Shown here in pieces: positions 1 through 9,893 of a DNA stretch of 39,289 bases. The translations under genes were made by a program, and so were the position numbers. The DNA is taken from the IMG/VR virus record IMGVR_UViG_3300032272_000040, positions 1-39,289 of that record. One strand, written 5' to 3'. The notes beneath the pieces were generated by a model that was given only the letters and a program-made list of their open reading frames with translations, ran no database searches and had not been told where the DNA came from. The first letter of the stretch is position 1. Every line of letters begins with the position of its first letter. The DNA comes from a virus (lineage: Duplodnaviria; Caudoviricetes).

Positions 1-265
1 TGGGACAAGTGAAACGATTTCTCCTTACGACGCCATGAATGGTGTTGGTGGGGCATCTGAATGGGTCTCAGCTTCAACTGACGCTTGTGAACCCTACGCT
101 GTTGACTTGGAAATTGACCACGCTCAACCTTGTGGAACTGCACAGGACGAGTTGACGGTACTTCCCGACTTTCGTTATGATACGTTGGAAGTCGATATTG
201 ATGCAGCTACAATTTCGTTTACCGGTCGTTGCAATGTTACTGCTCCGACTGTTACTCGATCTTAA
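1..265 (+). CDS. Major tail (tube) protein, C-terminal part; 5' end lies outside the window
   Basis: The frame is open from position 2 (GTSETISPYDAMNG...) to TAA at 263-265. It is beta-rich and acidic, precedes the chaperone and tape-measure genes, and is followed by a terminator. Confidence 0.6.
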   Translation, partial: GTSETISPYDAMNGVGGASEWVSASTDACEPYAVDLEIDHAQPCGTAQDELTVLPDFRYDTLEVDIDAATISFTGRCNVTAPTVTRS

Positions 266-272
266 CTTTAAT

Positions 273-308
273 GATAGGGACGAGTGGTGTGCTCGTCCCT
301 ATCTTTTT
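273..308 (+). terminator. Rho-independent terminator
   Basis: Perfect 12-bp stem GATAGGGACGAG/CTCGTCCCTATC with a 7-nt loop, followed by TTTTT. Confidence 0.85.
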
Positions 309-333
309 ACTAATTCTCAGCAAGGAATAAAAC

Positions 334-831
334 ATGAAGATCGGCGGACGTGAAATCAAGGGTAAGAATCGAGTTACTGTTGTATTCCCACGTGAGGGAG
401 GGGAGGACATTGCATTCATTGCTGAAGCAGTGAGTGATTTCTCTCGAATCAATGAATTCATTAACATGCCTGAACCACCTGTTATCCAAAAACCGGGTGG
501 TGTAGTCGAAAAGAATTTCAATGACTCAGGTTACAAAGCCCAGATTGATAGTTACAATATTACTCGTATGGCATGGATTGTTCTTGAGTCCCTCAAACCC
601 AGTAAGATTGAATGGGATACAGTGGACATGGACAACCCCAGTACATGGACAAATTATACGAAGGATCTTGAACAAGCTGGTTTCTCGGATATCGAAATCA
701 ACCTAATCGGAAATGCTGTTCTAGAGGCTAATGCCCTAGACGAAGAGAAGCTTGAAGCGGCTCGAAAGGTTTTTCTACATGGTCAGGTGGAGGCGGAAAA
801 AAGTACCTCTGGCCAAAGAACCCCTCAATAG
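334..831 (+). CDS. Tail assembly chaperone (gpG-like)
   Basis: 165-aa acidic ORF with SD AAGGA, lying between the tail-tube and tape-measure genes, with a slippery sequence near its 3' end. Confidence 0.75.
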   Translation: MKIGGREIKGKNRVTVVFPREGGEDIAFIAEAVSDFSRINEFINMPEPPVIQKPGGVVEKNFNDSGYKAQIDSYNITRMAWIVLESLKPSKIEWDTVDMDNPSTWTNYTKDLEQAGFSDIEINLIGNAVLEANALDEEKLEAARKVFLHGQVEAEKSTSGQRTPQ

Positions 832-1022
832 AGTTTGCTATCTGGAAAGCCTGTGAACGCATAGGCATCAGACCCCCAGGGGTATATACCGATAACTGGG
901 ACGAACTTGACTCTTGGGCTCAAGCTTTAGTTATAGCCTACGACCAGCGATGTATTTTCGAGGACAATAAGGGTTTAGATAAACCTACGCCACCACCGAA
1001 AGCTGCTGGCAGGAGAAGGTAA
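795..1022 (+). CDS. -1 frameshift extension of the chaperone (gpGT-like)
   Basis: The -1 frame is open from 756 to TAA 1020-1022 with no ATG (KYLWPKNPSIEFAIWKACERIGIRPPGVYTDNWDELDSWAQALVIAYDQR...RRR). GGAAAAA lies at 795-801, and the stop overlaps the next ATG (TAATG). Confidence 0.75.
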   Translation, partial: GKKYLWPKNPSIEFAIWKACERIGIRPPGVYTDNWDELDSWAQALVIAYDQRCIFEDNKGLDKPTPPPKAAGRRR

Positions 1023-1558
1023 TGGTCAAGTTCACTGCTCGATTCAAGACTATTGAAATCGACGAAGCTAAGTGGGAAAAAAGACTTAAGACTCGCCTAG
1101 AGAAGAATCTTAAGAAAGCAGCAATAGTGTGGTTAAATGCTACAGTATTGCTTGCTATCCCCACTTGGTCTGGTGCATCTCGTGCGACGTTCCTTAAGTT
1201 AGCAAGAGCCGTGGGGTTCGGGTTAACTATCTCTGGAATTAAAGCGACAAGTAGTGACAACTCAAGAGCACTTGGCCCAAGAGTTGGATTTCAACAAAGC
1301 CAAGGTAAAGTCAGTGGATACAATAAAGGTAGGATCACTTTTACGTATGGTACTACTTTGTTTCATTTAGTCTTCAATGAATTCAACAACGCGAACCAGA
1401 ACCCAACAGCGGGTAGGTTATTCAGTAGGTTAAATGAACCTGGACCATACAATTTTCGTAGGATCGGTCAAGCCGCCTTCGAAGATTTTGTTAAGGATGT
1501 GATTGAACTACCGTCTCCTTGGAAAGCGTTGAAGATACGGCGCATTAGGGTGGGATAA
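1022..1558 (+). CDS. Putative neck/tail-completion protein (HK97 gp10-like?)
   Basis: 178-aa basic ORF. IPTWSGASR resembles the PxxTGxLR motif of gp10-like proteins. It is translationally coupled on both sides. Confidence 0.4.
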   Translation: MVKFTARFKTIEIDEAKWEKRLKTRLEKNLKKAAIVWLNATVLLAIPTWSGASRATFLKLARAVGFGLTISGIKATSSDNSRALGPRVGFQQSQGKVSGYNKGRITFTYGTTLFHLVFNEFNNANQNPTAGRLFSRLNEPGPYNFRRIGQAAFEDFVKDVIELPSPWKALKIRRIRVG

Positions 1559-4500
1559 TGGCAGAACAAATTATTCAAGAACTAGGGTTTGATGCATCTA
1601 AGGCAATCACTGGCATCAACCAAGCAATAGGTGCTCTCGGTAAACTTAACAGCGCCTTAAACACCACCGGCTCTACCATCTCTAAACTGAATGGTAACTC
1701 TTTCAATAAAAGTCTGAAGGGTGTTAGTACTAGCTTAAATAGAGTTGCTGGTGCCGACGCCAAAATGAAGAAGCTTTGCAACACCATTGCGAAGACTAAC
1801 ACTAAGACTCAGAATCTGGGTAAGTCTACCGGTGGTTTGGTAATCAGTTTTGAAACTCTAAGCCGAATTGCAATTGCTCAAGGTATCGTCCGTGGGCTTA
1901 ATGCTATCCAAGCTGAGTTCGCTGAAGCTGTAACCCAAGCTAAAGACTTCGGCATTGCCTTAGCTGAAGCTGCTGCCATCGCGCCTGGTGGGGTTGATAA
2001 TTTTCAGAACAGTGTCACTAACCTCAATAGAGAATTGGTTGCCACGTCTTCTTCATTCGGTTTTGATGTCCTGGATCTTGCTGAAGCAAAGTACCAAGAG
2101 TTCTCTAATCAGGTTGACAATGCTAGGGGAAGTCAAAGACTTTTCATCAATGCAAATAAACTTGCACGTATCTCCACTTCTGAAGTAAGTGAAGCAGTTG
2201 GTGCAATTTCTTCTGTCCTCAACTCCTATGATTTATCGGTAGAAAGTTCCGATGCAATCACCGCTCAATTGTTTAAGACTGTTGAGTTAGGTCGTACCCG
2301 TCTCTCCGATATTGCTGACCAGTTGGGTAACGTTACTCCACTGGCACGTAATGCTGGAATTGGTTTTACTGACCTGGGTGCTGCTCTCGCTACGATCACA
2401 CGTTCTGGTGTATCACCATCTCGTGCGTTGACTCAGTTGCGAGCAATCATCAATCAGTTGACCAAACCGACAGCAGAACTACAGAAGTTGTTTACGGAGG
2501 TTCTTGGGGTTGAAGATGCACAGCAAGCCATCCAACAGTTTGGTGGACTCCAGGGAGTCTTACAGGAAATTGGTAATGCTGCTGGAGGTAGTTCATCTAG
2601 AGTCGCTGAATTGTTCTCGAACATTCGTGCCCGAAATGCTTTTAATGCACTGAATCAAAACGCTGAGCGTTTTACTGAGAATATTGAAAAACTCGGAGAA
2701 GCAGGTCAACAAGGTGCTGCCTTTTTAGATCCACTTCTGAAGGCATTCGATGATCAAGACGCAGTTCAGTTTACGAAAGCTATCAATGATTTGAAACTAG
2801 CCTTCCTTTCATTAGCTCAAGACGCACTTCCATCATTAACAGGGTTGATTCAGGCTCTGACAACAGGGGTGGAAAACCTCGGACAAGTAGTTATAAATAT
2901 TGGTGTAGCTTCATTTGCTGCGTACAGCGGTTGGATGTTGGTTTCAGCTAATAGTGCATCTGTATTAAACAAAGCAGTCCTGGGTACACGGGCAGGTGTA
3001 CTTGGTTTAGCTGCGGCTATCGGGTTTGGAATCGGTGAGCTGTTAAAGTTTATTGATACATCAGCGCAGGCTGGTGAAATTGAAGCAATCTTCGCAAAGA
3101 ACGAGGCTATCAAAGTAGATAACCTGGAGAAGATTGCTAAAGATGCTGAAACTGCTTCTAAAGCTATTGATGAACTTGGTAAGAAGAGTCAAGAGTCATT
3201 TCGTATCTTGAACAAAGCAAGTGCTGAATCTCGAAATAGTATACGTGAATCCAATGATGATTTTGTCAGGTCAACTAATTCAGCTTTGGATAGATTGGTT
3301 TCAAATCGATCTAACTTCATCAAAGAACTGGATCAACTGATTGAAAAATCTGAGGATCGCAGAACTAAGAACACTGATGAGCAATCGAAGATTCGTGAGA
3401 AGATAGAAGGACGAGCTTTCGAGAGACAAGTGTCGGGATTTGATGATGTTCGACAAGCCTTCTTCCGTCAAGCTCGCGCACGTGAAGCACTCAATCAAGC
3501 AACACGAAGTGGAACTGATGAGGACGGTCTGGAAGAACGTCTTGAGGGGTTACAGAATGCTGAGAAGTTAGCACAGGATGCTTTGAAAACTGCTCAACAG
3601 TCAGGGAATCGAACGTCGGTTTTTCAAGCTGAGAAATTGATTGATGAAATTCTCAGAAAGCAGTTGGATACTAAGAAGCAACAGCAAGCCCTTGATGATA
3701 TCCAAGTTGCCAAGGCGAAAGAAATCCGTGATAGTGAGAAAGCTAAATTAGATGAGTTGAAAGAGAACGTAAAAACTCTCCAAGACAATCTTAGCTTGTT
3801 CTCTGATCAAGGTGCTTTACTGTCTGAGTCAGATCGTGATGATGCAATCAAAAGGGCTAAAGAAGCTTTTGATAAGATTCAATCTTCCGCCCTGAGTCGG
3901 GATGACCTGGATATTTCCCAATTGCTCGGAATCACTGATCTTGGTTTGAAATTTAATGAACAGCTTTCTCAGTTGACTATTGATCCTCAAACAGATCAGA
4001 TACAGCCTGCTCTTGATGAAGCTGCTAGGCAGTTGACTCTTAACATTCCTGTTAAAGCCATCTTGGATGAAGCAACTCAACTGGGGCTGGACACGGCTGG
4101 ATTTGATCCTGCTAACCCACTAGCTGGGCTCGCAGATATTCAGGGTCAGGCTACTCAAGCCTTGCAAGAGAATGCTGCCTTACAGAAGGGATTGGCAGAT
4201 GACGCAGCGGCTGAGGCTGAAGCTCGTTCGAATATCCTTGGTCTGATTGATAGGATCGTTGATAAGAACAGGGAGAATGCTGAGAATCTTCAATCATCCT
4301 TTTTACCAACAGATCAGTTCTTTGGGGCTAAACTAGGAGATCAAGTTGACACACTTGAGTCAAGGCTCAGAGGTGTCGCTAATCAATCTTTAATTGACCC
4401 CAAGAATATTGAACAAGTCGAACAATTACTTCTGGCATTTGAAAGTCAAACCGCTGGAGGGATTGGTGGTACTGCTGTCTTTGGAGGATTTCAGGAAAAC

Positions 4501-5160
4501 CTCAACGCTATCATTGAAGGTTTAACAAAACTCAGGGAGCTACAATCACAGAACATAGGAAATGTAGGTGCTCAAAATAGAGCAACTGGGCAAGGAGCCG
4601 GTCTGACTGAGTTGGAGAATACCATCAACAATGCTATTCTGAAACAAGAGTTACTGACTAAGGAGGTTGGTGACTCACAGATTGCACAGCAGAGTTATAA
4701 CTCACAGATTGAAGTTGGTATCGCTAGTGTTGGTGGTCTAGCAAATGGCTATGCTGAAACAGTGAGACAGATCGCTGCTGCTGAAGCTGCACAGAAACGA
4801 TTGAATGCCGCTCAATCACAAAGTGGTGGAGGGAGTGCTGCTCCAAGGATGTTTGGTGGTCCACTGTTTCGAGCCGGGGGTGGCTTCACTCCACGTGGTT
4901 CTGATACAGTACCTGCTATGTTGAGCCCTGGTGAGTTTGTTGTGAACTCTCGTTCTTCTCGAAAGTTTGCTTCCCAATTAAACGCAATGAATGCTGGTAT
5001 CACCCCTGTCTTCCGACAAGAAGGTGGTGCAGTAAACAATAACACTGTAAATGTAGGTGATATCAACGTGAATGGAACTTCCAATCCCGATGACACCGCA
5101 AGACGTGTCGTGACGCAACTTCGCCGTGAGTTCCGTCGTGGTACAAGTTCCCGTCTCTAA
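1558..5160 (+). CDS. Tail tape measure protein
   Basis: 1200 aa, Ala/Gln/Leu-rich and helical, with a TP901-type core, hydrophobic middle segments, a coiled coil and the typical C-terminal GGG...GSDTVPAMLSPGEFVV motif. Confidence 0.92.
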   Translation: MAEQIIQELGFDASKAITGINQAIGALGKLNSALNTTGSTISKLNGNSFNKSLKGVSTSLNRVAGADAKMKKLCNTIAKTNTKTQNLGKSTGGLVISFETLSRIAIAQGIVRGLNAIQAEFAEAVTQAKDFGIALAEAAAIAPGGVDNFQNSVTNLNRELVATSSSFGFDVLDLAEAKYQEFSNQVDNARGSQRLFINANKLARISTSEVSEAVGAISSVLNSYDLSVESSDAITAQLFKTVELGRTRLSDIADQLGNVTPLARNAGIGFTDLGAALATITRSGVSPSRALTQLRAIINQLTKPTAELQKLFTEVLGVEDAQQAIQQFGGLQGVLQEIGNAAGGSSSRVAELFSNIRARNAFNALNQNAERFTENIEKLGEAGQQGAAFLDPLLKAFDDQDAVQFTKAINDLKLAFLSLAQDALPSLTGLIQALTTGVENLGQVVINIGVASFAAYSGWMLVSANSASVLNKAVLGTRAGVLGLAAAIGFGIGELLKFIDTSAQAGEIEAIFAKNEAIKVDNLEKIAKDAETASKAIDELGKKSQESFRILNKASAESRNSIRESNDDFVRSTNSALDRLVSNRSNFIKELDQLIEKSEDRRTKNTDEQSKIREKIEGRAFERQVSGFDDVRQAFFRQARAREALNQATRSGTDEDGLEERLEGLQNAEKLAQDALKTAQQSGNRTSVFQAEKLIDEILRKQLDTKKQQQALDDIQVAKAKEIRDSEKAKLDELKENVKTLQDNLSLFSDQGALLSESDRDDAIKRAKEAFDKIQSSALSRDDLDISQLLGITDLGLKFNEQLSQLTIDPQTDQIQPALDEAARQLTLNIPVKAILDEATQLGLDTAGFDPANPLAGLADIQGQATQALQENAALQKGLADDAAAEAEARSNILGLIDRIVDKNRENAENLQSSFLPTDQFFGAKLGDQVDTLESRLRGVANQSLIDPKNIEQVEQLLLAFESQTAGGIGGTAVFGGFQENLNAIIEGLTKLRELQSQNIGNVGAQNRATGQGAGLTELENTINNAILKQELLTKEVGDSQIAQQSYNSQIEVGIASVGGLANGYAETVRQIAAAEAAQKRLNAAQSQSGGGSAAPRMFGGPLFRAGGGFTPRGSDTVPAMLSPGEFVVNSRSSRKFASQLNAMNAGITPVFRQEGGAVNNNTVNVGDINVNGTSNPDDTARRVVTQLRREFRRGTSSRL

Positions 5161-5192
5161 TCAACACGGCAAACAATTTTGGAGAATGATTT

Positions 5193-5807
5193 ATGTTTGA
5201 CAAAGTAAATTTCCGTCAGACTGCTGGTGTTGAGAAAAGTCGATCCGGACGCCCGAGTGGTGGTGTCGGTGATCGGTTTGAGCCCAAGGGTTTCTTTGTG
5301 GCGGAACATTGGCGGGATGGCTTGCTCATCGGTAAGTATCGAATGCGAAATGGTATCGTCAATGAAGGTAAGAATAACATCTTCGATGTATACTTTGATA
5401 GTGGTACTCCGATTACCCTTTGGTACATGTTGCTCGTTGACAATGCTCTCTTCGGGAGTCTCGATGCCACTGATACGTATGATGATATCGATCAAGCAGG
5501 TAATGATTGGGATGAGTTCAAAACTTACACTGATCCTGGTAACTCCAACAGTACGGTAACCCGACCTATCTGGAACCCTGATGCGGCTTCTGGTCAATCC
5601 ATTAGCAACGGTACTCAGACTGTCTTCGATATTACTGGTACTGCTACTGTGAAAGGTCTTGGAATCGTCGGCGGTGGTGCTGCTTCGAATACGAAGGGCG
5701 ATCACGCTGCTGATGGTACACTCTGGTCAACGGCTCTGTTTGACCAAGGTGACACTGCTGTCATCAATGGTGACCAATTGAAAATCACTTACACTGTAAG
5801 TGCATAA
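5193..5807 (+). CDS. Minor tail/virion structural protein
   Basis: 204 aa, Gly/Thr/Asp-rich, with IVNEGKNN...NGDQLKITYTV pattern typical of small phage tail proteins. SD GGAG upstream. Confidence 0.6.
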   Translation: MFDKVNFRQTAGVEKSRSGRPSGGVGDRFEPKGFFVAEHWRDGLLIGKYRMRNGIVNEGKNNIFDVYFDSGTPITLWYMLLVDNALFGSLDATDTYDDIDQAGNDWDEFKTYTDPGNSNSTVTRPIWNPDAASGQSISNGTQTVFDITGTATVKGLGIVGGGAASNTKGDHAADGTLWSTALFDQGDTAVINGDQLKITYTVSA

Positions 5808-5810
5808 TAC

Positions 5811-5884
5811 ACTGCGGGGAAGACGCAGTAAAATTCCCTTGCCGAGAATCTGGGTGGCTGAAGGAACAGCCACCCAGTCTCTTT
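5811..5884 (+). terminator. Tandem hairpins, probable terminator or attenuator
   Basis: ACTGCG/CGCAGT (5811-5829) and an 11-bp CTGGGTGGCTG/CAGCCACCCAG stem (5850-5877) followed by TCTCTTT. Confidence 0.55.
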
Positions 5885-5897
5885 AGATAGGTACGCT

Positions 5898-6824
5898 ATG
5901 GTTACTAAACGAGAACAATTTGCCAACGACGGACGTAGTCTTCTCAATGGTTCTATTACTGCTGTTGCTACTAGCCTAACCGTAGATGATGCCTCCACTT
6001 TTCCTAGCGATGGAAATTTCCGTATACAGGTTGAAAGTGAAGTCATGTTGGTGACTGCGGTCTCAACTAATACTTTCACGGTTGTCAGAGGTCAGGAGAG
6101 TACCACAGGTGCCACCCACGCTGATAACATCTTAGTCCAGCAAATTGTCACTGATGAGTCTATTCGTCAAGTCATCGAGGACGACCTCTTATTTGCTAAC
6201 ACAAAACCACTCTACCACAGTATCACTAACGTCAGTGGAACTCAGCTAACAGTTAGTAGCTTTACTTGGGTCAATCAAGGGTCAGCCACTGCTACCGATG
6301 TAGATGATGCTATCTATATGACCTTCCCTACTGATGCTGCAACTCAAAGTAGAGGGTTAGCACTAGCTGACCCTGCAACGCCGTGGACATGCACAGTAGG
6401 CTTTCGACCGTTTATCGTGAACAACGATGTAGGTACTCTTGGGTTCCCACAAATTAATCTGGGCTTCAGAGATTCATCTACTGCTAGGGTCTCAGCGTTA
6501 GCTTATCATTTTCGAGATGGTGCTAATGGTTATGAAGTCATTCGACTTACGAATGCTACCACCGCCTCGACAGCGTCCTTAACTCGTTTCACGAGTACGA
6601 CTTCTGAAGATGTATGGATGAGAATCTCTGACAACAATACCAATCATGTATTCAGTGTCTCAATCGATGGCGTGAACTGGGTTGAACTACATAGTGAGGC
6701 ACGCACAGCATGGACTACAACCCCTGACCAAATCTTCTTTGGTGCTGACCCTGCCGGTTGTACCCAATCGCCTGGAACAGCAGTTACTTTGTTTCATTAC
6801 AGTCTTGCACCCTCGATATTATAA
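5898..6824 (+). CDS. Putative receptor-binding/tail-appendage protein, paralog 1 (conserved N-terminal anchor plus ConA/LamG-like beta-sandwich)
   Basis: N-terminal SITAVATSLTVDDASTFP..FRIQVESEVMLVTAVS..VRGQE.T domain. C-terminal FTWVNQGSATA...W.RISDN.TN.VF.VS.DGVNW. Confidence 0.6.
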   Translation: MVTKREQFANDGRSLLNGSITAVATSLTVDDASTFPSDGNFRIQVESEVMLVTAVSTNTFTVVRGQESTTGATHADNILVQQIVTDESIRQVIEDDLLFANTKPLYHSITNVSGTQLTVSSFTWVNQGSATATDVDDAIYMTFPTDAATQSRGLALADPATPWTCTVGFRPFIVNNDVGTLGFPQINLGFRDSSTARVSALAYHFRDGANGYEVIRLTNATTASTASLTRFTSTTSEDVWMRISDNNTNHVFSVSIDGVNWVELHSEARTAWTTTPDQIFFGADPAGCTQSPGTAVTLFHYSLAPSIL

Positions 6825-6825
6825 T

Positions 6826-7788
6826 ATGGCAACTCAATTCGAAAGATACAGCAACTCAGCATTCTCGTTTGTTAAGACGGCGATTGCTATAGGTGACTCA
6901 TCAATTGATGTTTACACAACAAGGCGTTTCCAAGAGGGGGTTAATGTCCGTATCAAAGTTGGGCAGGAGATTATGCGAGTCACGGCTGTCACAGACGATG
7001 ATACCTTGGCTGTCACTCGTGCTGTGGATGGTACAACTGAGCAAGCACATGAAGTTGGTGATCTAGTTATCGGCATCCTCAATCAAGGGGGTCTAGACCA
7101 AACATTGACTGATAGGATTGTATACGCCAAAACGCGACCACAACAGAATAAGATCCTTGACGAAAATGGTGATGTACTTGCTGCTGGGGATTTTACTTGG
7201 TTGAATCAAGGTAGTGCGACGGCAACCGATTCTAATGGTAGTATTTGGTTTGACGGGAGTAACTCAGCGGCGGCTGATTATCATGTTCTACTCACTAATG
7301 CTCCAGCTTCGACTCCGTGGACCGCAACATTAGGTTTTAGACCTATGTTGTCAAATGGAAATACCAGTACTGATGGTTTCCCTCAGTGTGCGTTAGTGGT
7401 AAAAAATACTGTGGACGCCAAATTAGTACTGATGAATTACCGTTTCCGAGACACTGGTTTTGGAGCAGGTAATGGATCTATACAGCAGCAAGTTTCAAAC
7501 ATGACAAGTGTCACAGCCTTTAGTAGTACGGCAGGCACAATTCATAATTGGAGTTTCCGAAGTCAGACTACGGTGTGGTACCGTGTAACTGACAATGGTA
7601 CTAACCTTGTCTGGGATACATCTGCTGACGGTGTACATTGGCAGAACTACGGGTCTTTTGGGAGGACAGCACACCTAACCAGTGCGCCGAATCAAGTAGG
7701 TTTTGGTGTTAACCCATCAGGTGCTGAACCAGCGGGTGGTACACCAATTAATCAGTATTGTTTGTTCACACACTTTAGCATTACCTAA
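6826..7788 (+). CDS. Putative receptor-binding/tail-appendage protein, paralog 2
   Basis: Start reassigned to ATG 6826 (MATQFERYSN) by alignment with paralog 1. Shares FTWLNQGSATA and SADGVHW motifs. Confidence 0.6.
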   Translation: MATQFERYSNSAFSFVKTAIAIGDSSIDVYTTRRFQEGVNVRIKVGQEIMRVTAVTDDDTLAVTRAVDGTTEQAHEVGDLVIGILNQGGLDQTLTDRIVYAKTRPQQNKILDENGDVLAAGDFTWLNQGSATATDSNGSIWFDGSNSAAADYHVLLTNAPASTPWTATLGFRPMLSNGNTSTDGFPQCALVVKNTVDAKLVLMNYRFRDTGFGAGNGSIQQQVSNMTSVTAFSSTAGTIHNWSFRSQTTVWYRVTDNGTNLVWDTSADGVHWQNYGSFGRTAHLTSAPNQVGFGVNPSGAEPAGGTPINQYCLFTHFSIT

Positions 7789-7808
7789 CCAAGCGGAGAT
7801 AGGGTGGG

Positions 7809-9347
7809 ATGACAATATTTAATAATACAGCCAGCCATACGTTGACTCTCGTGCAAAATGGAGTTGAAGCTGGTTCTCAAAATCCACCCTGGTCTGGTAA
7901 ACCTGGACATTCAGTCGCAACCTTAGGAGGTGATTTCCTCCCTGGTCGATCTGAACTCTTTGATTATAATAGTCAACTAGGTAGTGTAGTCAGCCCCGTC
8001 AGTCGTTCCAGTAATATATCTCCAGGTTTGTTCGCAGTCTCAGGTGCTGTTTCCATCTTAACTGCCAGCAGCACAGTAACGTTTACAAATAGTACTGTTG
8101 ATGTCGAAAAGAGTAAACCACGAACTGCTGACCACACTATAACTTTTACTCAGACCAATGCTAGAGCAGGTGCATGGAGTCCAACTGCTGCGAGTACAAT
8201 TACTTTTTCACAGACTGATGGTGTTGCTGCGCCTAGGGATGTGTCTGCTTCTAACTCTCTGAGTCTGACACAGACTTCTAGCTCGGGTTTGTTTACTCGT
8301 TCTGCTTGGAGCACTGTAGCGTTTACTCAGTTTGGTCAGGATGGTAAAGAGAAGATTCTTACAGCCGGTAATACACTGGCTCTTGTGCAAACCAGTTCGA
8401 GTGGTTTTTACTCAAGGTCTGCCTGGAACTCACTAAGTCTTACTCAAACAAATTCTAGAATCTTTGCTTCAGCACTCGCGGCTGTACTTACTGCATCGAA
8501 TACATTAGTACCCTCCGACTCTACACAGAGAGTCTTGATCAAAGTCACTGCTATCGGTCTTACTGCTAGCCATACTTTGACAATGGCTCAACGTGCGATT
8601 TTCCCAATAGAACTTACTGCTAGTGGTTCAATTACCTTCACTGATGCGGCGGACGGTGTTCCTGGTAAGTCTGGAACTCAAACATTGGATCTTGTTCAAA
8701 CTGTGATCCTGAATCAGGTTCGAGATCGTACTGCCAGTGACACATTAGCTTTGACGCATGTATTCACCTATGTCCAACTGAGGGATGGTGTGCCCATCGT
8801 AGGGTTGGGCGATTGTGATGCGACAAGACAGTATGCTCCTCTATCGGGTGGGGATGGGTCGCCTAGTGTGCGACCCATTGCACCGTCTCTAAACCGTCAG
8901 ACTGATGTTGTATTGTTCTCCCCAACTGGAGGCATCTGTGATGCGTCTAGTTCGATCACTCTGAGGACTCCAAACTTTGGGGACCGCGATAGGAACCAGT
9001 ACAACAGAATCAACAGGGAGTCACGTGGTGGCTCTCTGACGGTGTTCAGGGACCCGCAGTGGCCCAGTGAGAGGACTCTTGTCATGGACTTTAGTGGAAT
9101 GAAAGATTCCCAAGTCGATACTATGGTTACGTTCTTAGAAGACACCTTGGGTCAGAAGGTAGGACTTCGAGATTGGCATGGTCGTGTGTGGTTTGGTTTA
9201 ATTGTTAATCCAGATACTGCTATTGTCCGGACCGGAACCAATAGGAATGACATTAGTATCGAACTGGAAGTAGATGACACTGAACTTGAACTACAAGCTT
9301 GTAGTTCTTTCGCATTATCTCAGACTAATGCAAGAGAGGTAGTATAA
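7809..9347 (+). CDS. Minor tail protein with Thr/Ser-rich repeats and a C-terminal distal-tail-like domain
   Basis: About 14 copies of an A-x-x-(T/S)-(L/I/V)-x-(L/F)-x-Q motif. The C-terminal ~130 aa resemble the next ORF. Confidence 0.55.
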   Translation: MTIFNNTASHTLTLVQNGVEAGSQNPPWSGKPGHSVATLGGDFLPGRSELFDYNSQLGSVVSPVSRSSNISPGLFAVSGAVSILTASSTVTFTNSTVDVEKSKPRTADHTITFTQTNARAGAWSPTAASTITFSQTDGVAAPRDVSASNSLSLTQTSSSGLFTRSAWSTVAFTQFGQDGKEKILTAGNTLALVQTSSSGFYSRSAWNSLSLTQTNSRIFASALAAVLTASNTLVPSDSTQRVLIKVTAIGLTASHTLTMAQRAIFPIELTASGSITFTDAADGVPGKSGTQTLDLVQTVILNQVRDRTASDTLALTHVFTYVQLRDGVPIVGLGDCDATRQYAPLSGGDGSPSVRPIAPSLNRQTDVVLFSPTGGICDASSSITLRTPNFGDRDRNQYNRINRESRGGSLTVFRDPQWPSERTLVMDFSGMKDSQVDTMVTFLEDTLGQKVGLRDWHGRVWFGLIVNPDTAIVRTGTNRNDISIELEVDDTELELQACSSFALSQTNAREVV

Positions 9348-9745
9348 TGGCTTTCATACTTCAAGCTCCCAGTCCTGCCTTGTCGACTACTACTTACCTA
9401 CCCAACCCAGATTTGGGAGATTCGATAGCACCAACTGGTACACTGGACTTTAAGAGATCAATGAATGGGACCAAGTACGCTTACGTCAAATCGCGTGACA
9501 GACGGAAGAAGTTTGTGTGGTCCTTTTCATTGTCTCAACATAAAGCGTTAGAGTTGCAAGCATTCTTTGATGCTTTCAACGCTTCTGATATCAGAATTAC
9601 TGATCATTTTGGAAAGGTGTACATTGGAAATTTTACTACGAACCCATTCGAATTCGAAGCAGTTGGTCGTTCGGTTGCGTCCCCAGGGAACGATACCTCC
9701 GCTCAAGTCCAGCTTGAATTTGAAGGATTTGAACAGACTTCCTAA
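9347..9745 (+). CDS. Distal tail (Dit)-like protein
   Basis: 132 aa located before the hub gene. PNPDLGD...RSMNG resembles TPNFGD...ESRGG of the upstream ORF. Confidence 0.5.
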   Translation: MAFILQAPSPALSTTTYLPNPDLGDSIAPTGTLDFKRSMNGTKYAYVKSRDRRKKFVWSFSLSQHKALELQAFFDAFNASDIRITDHFGKVYIGNFTTNPFEFEAVGRSVASPGNDTSAQVQLEFEGFEQTS

Positions 9746-9893
9746 GACCCAAGAGGTCGCACTTGATTTGATCACTCGGGCTTACTGGGCATTAATGATG
9801 AATGCATTAGAGCCGGTAAGTCCTGAGGAGATCTATACACAAAATGACATCGAAGAGTTAGTTGATCACTTAAGGGAATATCTCAATGGCTAG
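9729..9893 (+). CDS. Small hypothetical protein, start uncertain
   Basis: The 3' part of ORF 9567-9893 fills the gap between tail genes and overlaps the next ATG. Possible TTG start at 9729. Confidence 0.35.
   Translation: MNRLPKTQEVALDLITRAYWALMMNALEPVSPEEIYTQNDIEELVDHLREYLNG

Noticed and set aside
6682-6825. Upstream extension of paralog 2 (similarly 20277-20315 for paralog 4)
   Set aside because: It overlaps the previous gene, and alignment with paralogs supports the later ATG.
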